Assembly: GCF_006345805.1 (NCBI RefSeq)
Contig: NW_021827381.1
Span: 1-10,591 of the forward strand
DNA: 10,591 nt
Direction: 5' to 3'
From: Octopus sinensis
Lineage: Eukaryota
The notes beneath the pieces are model-generated. The model was not told where the DNA came from and made no database searches. It saw only the letters and a list, made by a program, of their open reading frames with translations. Of the stretch, positions 1-7,535 are shown one piece after another. Position 1 is the first letter of the stretch. Each line of letters begins with the position of its first letter. Made by a program: the position numbers and the translations under genes.

Positions 1-82
1 ATCTATCTATCTATCTATCTCTCTATCTATCTATCTATCTCTCTCTCTATCTATCTATCTATCTATCTCTCTCTCTCTTCTA

Positions 83-113
<31 letters not shown>

Positions 114-135
114 CTCTCTCTCTCTCTCTATCTAT
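1..135. repeat. Compound (ATCT)n/(CT)n microsatellite
   Basis: Direct tandem ATCT and CT units from the window start. Confidence 0.95.
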
Positions 136-181
136 CAATACTTCTGTATCTTTATGTATGCATACATGTATGTATAATAAT

Positions 182-244
182 AAAGAAGCCCATCAATTAT
201 GTATGTGTATGTATGTATGTGTGTGTGTGCGTTTGTGTGTCTGT
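182..244 (+). mobile_element. SINE-A internal fragment (end of head plus microsatellite), inverted relative to the neighbouring copy
   Basis: AAAGAAGCCCATC...(TG)n...GTTTGTGTGTCTGT matches the internal part of the plus-strand copy at 2615-3018. Confidence 0.7.
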
Positions 245-385
245 CTTTGTAAGCCCAGTGTTATTCTATCTGTCTCTTTTGCTGAACCACTAAGTTACGA
301 GGACGTAAAAACACCAGCATTGGTTGTCAAGCAATGTTGGGGGTACAAACACACACACACATACACATACACACACATACACATA

Positions 386-416
<31 letters not shown>

Positions 417-581
417 CGATGGGCTTCTTTCAGTTTCTGTCTACCAAAATCACTCACAAGCCATTGGTCAGCCCGATGCTATAGTAGAAGACACTTGCCC
501 AAGGTACCACGCAGTGGGACTGAACCCGGAACCATGTGGTTGGAAAGCAAGCTACTTACCACACAGCCGCTCCTGCACCTA
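245..581 (-). mobile_element. SINE-A copy lacking its 3' tail
   Basis: Aligns to the full copy at 6887-7287 from CTTTGTAAGCCCAGT to CTCCTGCACCTA. tRNA-like A/B boxes lie on the minus strand. Confidence 0.9.
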
Positions 582-771
582 TATATACATATATATACAT
601 ATATACGACAGGCTTTCTTTCAGTTTCCGTCTACCAAATCCACTCACAAGGCTTTGGTCAGCCCGAGGCTATAGGAGAAGACACTTGCCCAAGGTGCCAC
701 GCAGTGGGACTGAACCCGGAACCATGTGGTTGGTAAGCAAGCTACTTACCACACACCCACTCCTGCGCCTA
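582..771 (-). mobile_element. Second SINE-A 5' half (tRNA-like head up to the internal TA repeat) in tandem
   Basis: CGACAGGCTTTCTTTCAG...CTCCTGCGCCTA repeats 417-581 directly, joined through a TA/TACA tract. Confidence 0.9.
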
Positions 772-859
772 CATTTAAATTTAATTGTAGCTGATTTAAT
801 TTTTAAAACTTAATGAAATAAAATTCAGAAAATAAAATTTTTCTTTTCATTATTTCTTA

Positions 860-914
860 TTTTGTGCTTGTATTAAGCCTCCAAATGTGTCAGATCATTT
901 TGGTCCACCTTGTA
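860..914 (-). mobile_element. Possible solitary Tc1/mariner-type terminal inverted repeat
   Basis: Minus strand reads TA-CAAGGTGGACCAAAATGATCTGA, similar to the CAGGGTGTCCCAAAAGGCACTGA end at 7421 and abutting TA. No partner end is seen in the window. Confidence 0.4.
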
Positions 915-1510
915 TATAACTTTGAGTGCAGAAGAGGGGTCCTGGAAACTGAACCAGTGTCAGCCGGATAACAAGAGGAAAAAGCAATAATACTAAAAAA
1001 AAAAAAAAAGACTTTACAAGCAGCAGCCACGGATGGAAATTGCCAGAACAGCAAAGAGATGGATTCTCTTTTGGTGCTCAAAGATGAGGCAGTTGGCTCC
1101 TGTTACCTAGGTGACCTAATTAGCGTTTGCAGCTTGGTGGTGGGGGAGGGATGTTGTGGAAGGAGGCTGAATGGGGACCCCCCCTCCGCCATCGCCATGA
1201 AAGCGTAATAAAGACGGTGGTGGTGTCGGGGTGGGGGAGTTATTATCTCCTTTGCTGTTAAGAAAGGGGGCCCTTTTTTTGTTTCTTCCTAGTCGCCAAA
1301 TTGAAGGAAGCTTCTATGGACCCTTTTGAACAGACTTGTGGGGGGAGGGGGGGTGAATAAAAGGTTGAGAATATGGCGGTGGGGGGTGGGGGGTGAAGGA
1401 AATGTGTATCGTGGTGGTGGAAATATTATCCGGGGTGGGGGGTGATTTGGTGATTAAGGAATAATGTTGAAGTCTCCGGAACGGGTTGGGTTGCTGGGAT
1501 GCATTTTTTC

Positions 1511-1534
1511 GGGGGTGGGGTGGGGGTGGGGGGG
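1511..1534 (+). other. Canonical G-quadruplex-forming motif within a G-rich tract (about 1135-1550)
   Basis: GGGGG-T-GGGG-T-GGGGG-T-GGGGGGG: four G-runs with 1-nt loops. Sequence potential only. Confidence 0.6.
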
Positions 1535-1659
1535 AGCTGGCTGGGGGTGTTGATCACACTGCGAGGCATGTTAGAGAGGCAAGTAGCTTTCAACCGAAGC
1601 CCCTAAACAGAGAATTTGCTAGATGGGGACTGAAAGAAGCTTGTTGCACATGTATTATG

Positions 1660-1711
1660 ACAACAACAACAGTAACAACAACAACAACAACAACAACAAT
1701 AATAATGATAA
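1660..1711. repeat. (AAC)n then (AAT)n microsatellite abutting a SINE tail
   Basis: Direct tandem trinucleotides. Confidence 0.9.
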
Positions 1712-1949
1712 TACTCTTTTACTCTTTTACTTGTTTCAGTCATTTGACTGCGGCCATGCTGGAGCACCGCCTTTAGTCGACAAATCGACCCCAGGACTTA
1801 TTCTTTACAAGCTAGTACTTATTCTATCATCTATCTTTCTTTGCCGAACCGCTAAGTTACGGGGACGTAAACCACACCAACATCGGTTGTCAAGTGTTTT
1901 GGGGGGACAACACAGACACAAACATATATATATATTATAAATATATATA

Positions 1950-2115
1950 CTTTATTTAAAGCAGCAGAAAATTCAACAAATCAGCAACGAGAAAACTCAG
2001 AGTAACAGGTTTGTTGAATTTCTGCTGCTTTAAATAAGCATATTACTCTACCACACTGGTATTTGAGTACTCTTTTTTTTTTCCACCTTGTTTCACAATT
2101 TATGTGTTTACTCCG
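1950..2115 (+). mobile_element. Probable Penelope-like element terminal fragment with a short inverted duplication
   Basis: Inverted arms 1950-1980 and 2010-2038, the 3' half of a hammerhead-like motif (GAAAACTCAGAGTAACAG), and (TA)n on both sides. The family assignment is inference. Confidence 0.5.
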
Positions 2116-2143
2116 TACATATATATATATATATATATATATA

Positions 2144-2358
2144 AAGTTAATCCAAACAAGAAAGCACAAAAAAACACACACGCGAGGACTGGAACAAATA
2201 TAGTATTATTGGACGCTCAGGAAAGAAGGAGGGTTTAAGTTTCGAGCGGGCTCTTCGTCGGAAACATAGAGAAGGAAAGATCCAGAGAAGGGAAGATGGA
2301 GGGAAAAGAATTGCCAACGGTACACACGCGGTCACATCTTGAAAGACCGGAAGGAAAA
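2144..2358 (-). mobile_element. Probable Penelope-like element terminal fragment
   Basis: Bounded by (TA)n on both sides and contains a minimal type I hammerhead-like fold on the minus strand, as is typical of PLE termini. Confidence 0.55.
2233..2265 (-). ncRNA. Degenerate minimal type I hammerhead ribozyme motif
   Basis: Minus strand GUUU-CCGACGA-A-GAG(CCCG)CUC-GAAA-C-UU-AAAC: stem I GUUU/AAAC, CYGANGA core, stem II, GAAA. Stem III is nearly absent. Confidence 0.55.
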
Positions 2359-2370
2359 TATATATATATG

Positions 2371-2404
<34 letters not shown>

Positions 2405-2614
2405 CATATATACAAATCTACTCACAAGGCTTTGGTCGGATCGAGGCTATAGTAGAAGACACTTGCCCAAGGTACCACGCAGTTAGACTGAATCCGGAGC
2501 CATGTGGTTGGTAAGCAAGCTACTTACCACAGAGTCACTTAATAATAATAATAATAAAAAGAAGAAGAAAAAGAATAATAATAATATATACAACTATGAT
2601 GAAGAAGAAAAAAA

Positions 2615-3018
2615 GGCTGTGCGGTAAGTAGCTTGTTTACCAAGCACATGGTTCCGGTTCAGTCCCACTGCGTGGCCATTGGACAAGTGTCTTCTACTAT
2701 AGCCTCGGGCCGACCAAAGCCTTGTGAGGGATTTGGTAGACGGAAACTGAAAGAATCCCGTTCGTATATATATATATATATGTATGTGTGTGTATGTGTT
2801 TGTGTGTGGTCTGTGTTTGTCGCCCCTAGCATTGCTTGACAACCGATGCTGGTGTGTTTATGTCCCCATAACTTAGCGGTTCGGCAAAAAGAGACCGATA
2901 GAATAAGTGCTGGGCTTCCAAAAGAATAAGTCCCGGGGTCGAGTTGGTCGATTAAAGGCGGTGCTCCAGCATGGCCGCAGTCAAATGACTGAAACAAGGC
3001 AAAAAAAAAAAAAAGAGT
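2615..3018 (+). mobile_element. SINE-A near-full-length copy (first ~13 nt missing)
   Basis: A-box remnant GGCTGTGCGG, B-box GGTTCAGTCCC (2656-2666), internal TA/TG repeat, and 3' hairpins GCGGTGCTCCAGCATGGCCGC and CAGTCA-AA-TGACTG before an A-rich tail. Confidence 0.92.
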
Positions 3019-3330
3019 TACCGTGACGATCTCTAGTGGGAAATACGACGGTTGTGGTCAATGGGGAGAGTGGACATGGTACCAATAATAATTGGTGCAC
3101 TTGGAAGTACCAGCACTAAACTACCAGCATGGTTGAAAAAGATTGGTGCAAGTGTGGAGGTAGAACATCTACAAGAATCAGCATTGCTTGGAACTGCAAG
3201 AACTCTTCGCAGGGTTCTTGAAGCATGACCAGAAGACAAGTGTCACCTTAGTCCGCTGGCTTTGGACAGCTGACACTTTCCATCGACACCCAGCAAAATA
3301 AGAAGTGAATTTTTAACACATAATAAAAAT
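3019..3330 (+). mobile_element. 3' remnant of an RLE-type non-LTR retrotransposon (R4/Dong-like)
   Basis: 3037-3228 translates as WEIRRLWSMGRVDMVPIIIGALGSTSTKLPAWLKKIGASVEVEHLQESALLGTARTLRRVLEA*, resembling the C-terminus of a restriction-like endonuclease domain. The 3' UTR has an AAGTGTCA/TGACACTT stem and a TAA-rich end. Confidence 0.75.
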
Positions 3331-3525
3331 AATTATTTCTACTATAGGCCTAATAAAATTTGGGGAAGGGGAGTGGTCGATTACATCGACCCCAGTATTT
3401 CACTGGTATCTAATTTATCGACCCTGAAAGGATGAAAGGCAAAGTCGACCTTGATGAAATTTGAATCCAGAATGTAGCGATGGGCGAAATACCGCTAAGT
3501 ATTTTATTCAGCATGCTAATGTTTG
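3328..3525 (-). mobile_element. SINE-B (second tRNA-derived family)
   Basis: Minus strand shows a degenerate B-box (GGATTCAAATT), then GCCTTTCATCCTTTCAGGGTCGATAAATT (Deu/Nin-like central domain by recollection). The core recurs at 5719-5736 and 6668-6731. Confidence 0.75.
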
Positions 3526-3611
3526 TAATGCTCAATTAAATGGAGTTGCATGAAACGATCGTACTGCATCACCCCTGGACATCCTTGTTGCTTATTTTGA
3601 TTGATATATAT

Positions 3612-4042
3612 ATACTCTTTACTCCTTTACTCTTTTACTTGTTTCAGTCATTTGACTGCAGCCATGCTGGAGCACCGCCTTTAGTCGAGCAAATCGACCC
3701 CGGGACTTATTCTTTGTAAGCCCAGTACTTATTCTATCGGTCTCTTTTGCCGAACCGCTAAGTGACGGGGACGTAAATGCGCCAGCATCGGTTGTCAAAC
3801 AATGCTAGAGGGACAAACACAGACACACAAACACACGCACGCATATATTATATATATATATATAGATATATATAGATATACGACGGGCTTCTTTCAGTTT
3901 CCGTCTACCAAATCCACTCACAAGCATTGGTCAGCCCGGGGCTATAGCAGAAGACACTTGCCCAAGATGCCACGCAGTGGACTGAACCCGGAACCATGCG
4001 GGTTGGTAAGCAAGCTACTTACCACACAGCCCTCCACTCCTA
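3612..4042 (-). mobile_element. SINE-A full-length copy inserted in (TA)n
   Basis: Colinear with other copies, with three tandem tail units (ACTCTTTT-like) and TA repeats on both flanks. Confidence 0.93.
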
Positions 4043-4162
4043 TATTATATATATATATATATATATAGCAATAATAAATCTCTGAACGAGATGTAAACAG
4101 TAACCGCTCGACAACGCAAAGTATACTAGCCATCTCAATAGGGCTAACCACTAAGGGTGGGT

Positions 4163-4350
4163 GTTACTGTAGCTTTTAGCCCCAGGAGATCAACGTCTCC
4201 AGCTGGCTTTAGGCACACTTTCTGTCATCCCTCTCTTGTCAACCTAAGTGATACGCACGGACTGCAGTTCTAGGTATTTGCCTGTCTTCGGCGTACGGCA
4301 ATCACCAGTTCTCGATGAAAGGGAGACCTGTTTGCAAATACTTAATGTTT
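4163..4350 (-). mobile_element. Uncharacterised retroelement 3' end
   Basis: Minus strand ends CAGCTGGAGACGTTGATCTCCTGGGGCTAA, sharing motifs with the element at 4694-4805. The 5' boundary is uncertain. Confidence 0.35.
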
Positions 4351-4387
4351 TTCTAGTATACATATATATATATATGTTTGTATGTAT

Positions 4388-4458
4388 GGATCAAAACAGT
4401 TTGATTTGAATTTGTTGGTACTCTGAGTTTCAAGCATGATGCTAGTCTTCAAACATTG
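4388..4458 (-). mobile_element. Short probable Penelope-like remnant with a degenerate hammerhead-like motif
   Basis: Minus strand UUGAAGA-CU-AGCA(UCA)UGCU-U-GAAA-CUC-A-GAG-UA, embedded between microsatellites. Confidence 0.4.
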
Positions 4459-4497
4459 ATATATATCTGTATATGGATGTATGTATATATATGTATA

Positions 4498-4532
<35 letters not shown>

Positions 4533-4612
4533 GTATGTGTGTGTATGTGTGTGTGCATATATATGGTGTGTGTGTATGTATATGTGTGTATATATATATA
4601 TTATGTTTGAGT
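4459..4612. repeat. Compound (TA)/(TG)/(TATG) microsatellite
   Basis: Direct tandem units. Confidence 0.93.
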
Positions 4613-4693
4613 GTGTTTATATCCTATCTCTGTTACATTTTTTTGTTCGTTAACTACATTATCTAATGTATAGGAGTTAGTATTAGTGGTTAT

Positions 4694-4805
4694 AGTTGTT
4701 GCTTAGCCCCAGGTCAGTCCTGATCCAGACAGACCTATGATCAAAGACGTTCCAGCTGTGACCATCCCATCTATAATTCAGTCCTTGTGTATCTAGGACT
4801 ACATT
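4694..4805 (-). mobile_element. 3' end of a SINE/LINE with an (AAC)-type tail
   Basis: Minus strand ...CAGCTGGAACGTCTTTGATCATAGGTCTG...GACCTGGGGCTAAGCAACAAC has an AGGTC/GACCT stem followed by a short simple-repeat tail. Confidence 0.5.
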
Positions 4806-4824
4806 CTCTAGTGCATTGTATAGT

Positions 4825-4918
4825 AGGTAGTAGTAGTAGTGGCTTTAGGCATTATCATTGCTGTTGTTGACAGATCAGCTGTAGTTGCACAACAACAGTA
4901 CCACCACCACCACCACCG

Positions 4919-4949
<31 letters not shown>

Positions 4950-4966
4950 CGACAACGACAATAACA
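4825..4966. repeat. Trinucleotide cluster (TAG)n, (ACC)n, (AAC/GAC)n
   Basis: Direct tandem units. Confidence 0.88.
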
Positions 4967-5234
4967 CTGAATATATAAGCAACAAAAAAAAACAGACAAA
5001 AAATCCTATCTGTGTGTGTCGTCCGTGACCTGAGATGACATTCACCCGAAATATCTTGTTGAGGAATGTTTCCACCTTGTAAAACGGGTGGCGACAGAGG
5101 GGGAGGTGAGAGAGAGAGAGGGGGAGATTGGGGGAGGGGGGGCGGAGAAAAAGCCACAGAGAGCAGACTGTCATATTTTGACCTACTTTGCTGTAGTTTT
5201 TTTTTTTCTGCAGTGGCCACCACCTCTGAATTTC

Positions 5235-5290
5235 TGTGTATGTGTTTGTGTTGCGTGTGTGTGTGTGTTTATATATATACATATATATAT

Positions 5291-5371
<81 letters not shown>

Positions 5372-5401
5372 TATTATAAATATATATACATATATATATA
5401 T

Positions 5402-5441
<40 letters not shown>

Positions 5442-5525
5442 CATATCTTATCTATATACTGTATGTATGTATGTATGTATATATGTATGTAGTATGTATT
5501 ATATATGTATATATATGTATGTATG
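5235..5525. repeat. Long compound (TA)n/(TACA)n/(TATG)n microsatellite
   Basis: About 290 bp of tandem units. Confidence 0.96.
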
Positions 5526-5540
5526 AATTTATTATATTAT

Positions 5541-5615
5541 GTTGTCAAGCGAGTTGGGCGGGGCAACCACGACACACAAACATATATACACACACACGTA
5601 CATACATATATATAT
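5541..5615 (-). mobile_element. Degenerate SINE-A internal fragment
   Basis: GTTGTCAAGCGAGTTGGG...GACACACAAACATATAT resembles the body/microsatellite junction of SINE-A. Confidence 0.55.
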
Positions 5616-5718
5616 TTGTTCCCAGGCAGATCCTCCACCAGCTGGTTCCTGGGGCAGCCTGCACCCTGTTTATATTGCAAGCAAGGGAGCAAACCCCCAC
5701 CATCCTCTAGCAGGCAAA

Positions 5719-5799
5719 GGGGTCGATGTAATCAACTTAATCCCTTTGTCTGTCCTTGTTTGTCCCCTCTATGTTTAACCACCTGTGGGCAACAAAAAA
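5719..5799 (+). mobile_element. SINE-B 3' fragment with an alternative tail
   Basis: GGGGTCGATGTAATCAAC matches the reverse complement of 3376-3393 at 17/18 positions. The downstream tail differs. Confidence 0.6.
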
Positions 5800-5852
5800 T
5801 GTATATATGTATATATATATGTATGTGTATATATAAATGTATGTATATATAT

Positions 5853-6607
5853 GGCATCGCAGAGAACAAAAGTTGTTGTGTACCTGCTTGTGTACTGACA
5901 TCGCTTCTCTACTCATGTGAGACATGGACTCTGTACAAACGTCAGGTCAGGGTCCTTGAACGTTTTTCATCAGAGATGTCTCAGACACATTCTCAATGTT
6001 GGCTGGACCTCAAATTCCAGACACACAGATCCTGAGGACAGGCTGATATCTTGAGTCTGAGGTGATGTACACAAGCACCGGTTGCATAACATGTTACCTG
6101 AGCACTCTCGAAAGTGACCTGACATAATCTTCTTTAATCTTCGCCGATTTGCTGCCAATTCAAAGAATGGAGGATAGAAGGATTCCTAAGCAGATGCTCT
6201 ATGGAGAACTTGTGAATGGAAGGAGACTCTGACAGAAACCAAGGCTACGATTTAAGGACTGTGTCAAGTCCTCATTAAAGGCTTTTGATATGCAGGACAC
6301 TGACTGGGAGAACAATGCCTGTCATTGCCACAGATGGAAGAAGCAGGTTAAGGAGGGGATCAACACTTTTGGGAGAGCACGTATCCAGCATGAAGAACTT
6401 AAGCGAGCTGTGCGAAAGCGCACGGCTCGTATAGTGAATGGGGAAAGCTTGGTCTGCAATGTTTGCAGTCGTGTATGCTTGTCAGGAGCAGGGCTCATTA
6501 GCCGCCACGGAGCCGCAAATGCAAAATATAAGTTAATCCTAGAGCGCACAATGTTCCTGAAGGTCGGCAATGGTCTTCCTCGGTCACGAGTGGACGGCCA
6601 TCATCAT
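5853..6607 (+). mobile_element. 5'-truncated, decayed RTE-clade LINE (post-RT C-terminus, terminal zinc-finger-like motif, 3' UTR, (CAT)3 tail)
   Basis: With frameshifts corrected it reads ACVLTSLLYSCETWTLY...FHQRCLRHIL...RMEDRRIPKQMLYGEL...KPRLRFKDCVK...CNVCSRVCLSGAGLIS. Candidate TSD ATGTATGTATATATAT at 5837-5852 and 6606-6621. Confidence 0.9.
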
Positions 6608-6667
6608 GTATGTATATATATATGTGTGTGTGTTGATTATTTGAAGAATAATCTCCCTCAATGCCAA

Positions 6668-6731
6668 GTTGATTAGATCGACCCATTACACAGCTGGTAA
6701 TTAATTTATCGACCCCAAACGGATGAAAGGG
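6668..6731 (-). mobile_element. SINE-B core fragment
   Basis: GTTGATTAGATCGACCC...TTTATCGACCCCAAACGGATGAAAGG aligns to 3376-3439. Confidence 0.65.
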
Positions 6732-6886
6732 AAAAAATTATATATATATATAAATTAGAGAAGAACCACCTTTTATCATTTCAATAATGAAAAATTAAAT
6801 TATACCATCTAGATTTCCGGCTGCTTTTGTCTGTCTTCCGGGATGGACACCTGTCTGCTAGAAATAGCAAGAATTCATCCCATCTC

Positions 6887-7287
6887 ATACTCTTTTACTT
6901 GTTTCAGTCATTTGACTGCGGCCATGCTGGAGCACCGCCTTTAATCGAACAACTCGACCCCGGGACTTATTCTTTTGTAAGCCCAGTACTTATTCTATCG
7001 GTCTCTTTTGCCGAACCGCTAAGTAACGGGGACACAAACACACCAGCATCGGTTGTCAAGCAATGCTAGGGGGACAAACACAGACACACAAACACACACA
7101 CATATATATATATACATATATACGACGGGCTTCTTTCAGTTTCCTTCTACCAAATCCACTCACAAGGCTTTGGTCGGCCCGAGGCTATAGCAGAAGACAC
7201 TTGCCCAAGGTGCCACACACTGGGACTGGACCCGGAACCATGTGGTTGGTAAGCAAGCTACTTACCACACAGCCACCCCTGTGCCTA
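6887..7287 (-). mobile_element. SINE-A full-length copy (~400 bp)
   Basis: Complete head, internal microsatellite, body and tail. Used as the in-window reference copy. Confidence 0.95.
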
Positions 7288-7535
7288 CATATAAAAAATT
7301 AGTGACAGTCAGTCACAACAAGCAAAGAAACTAGTTCAGAAAATCTCTGTTAAGGATGAAAGCAGGAACAATAAATAGCGATAAGTAACCTTTATTGCAC
7401 AATCAATAAGGCTGTTTATCCAGGGTGTCCCAAAAGGCACTGATGCGTTTCAATTTTTTCTGACTTCCCAAACTTCACAAATAAATGCATGAAATTTTGA
7501 TACAATATAAATGACATAATGGAATTTAATATGCA

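Larger units (their letters stand above)
1712..2538 (-). mobile_element. SINE-A copy split at its internal microsatellite by nested insertions (tail/body 1712-1949, head about 2413-2538)
   Basis: The two halves are colinear with 6887-7287. About 410 bp of foreign sequence sits between TA tracts. Confidence 0.85.

Noticed and set aside
158-813. Recurring ORFs such as ...EDTCPRCHAVGLNPEPCGW (also near 2296, 3802, 7063, 9072, 9710)
   Set aside because: Antisense readings of the SINE-A head, repeated because the SINE is repeated. Not a gene family.
890-1081. 63-aa minus-strand ORF
   Set aside because: Short, crosses a homopolymer run, and has no recognisable motif or splice context.
4855-4999. 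Poly-Val/Gly/Cys/Gln coding tracts
   Set aside because: Products of AAC/ACC trinucleotide repeats with no flanking coding signal.
5197-5213. Strong-looking splice acceptor (T11-CTGCAG)
   Set aside because: No credible exon follows before the microsatellite. Cannot be supported without RNA-seq.
4875-5710. Long ORFs (189, 214 and 134 aa) rich in YI/CV/HT
   Set aside because: Translations of TA/TG microsatellites that lack stop codons by composition, with no protein-like content.
5616-5715. [12 protein letters not shown] resembling the RTE IPKQMLYGEL motif
   Set aside because: Similarity is too short and does not continue in any frame. Origin left unassigned.
5967-5973. Perfect CTGATGA hammerhead core on the minus strand
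   Set aside because: No stem II/GAAA arrangement follows, and it lies within RTE codons (FHQR).
6290-6676. 128-aa ORF as an intact zinc-finger gene
   Set aside because: It is the tail of the frameshifted RTE ORF running into 3' UTR and flank.
6742-6885. Possible further Penelope-like end or SINE scrap after (TA)n
   Set aside because: Only a vague resemblance from memory, with no in-window homologue, ORF or structural motif.
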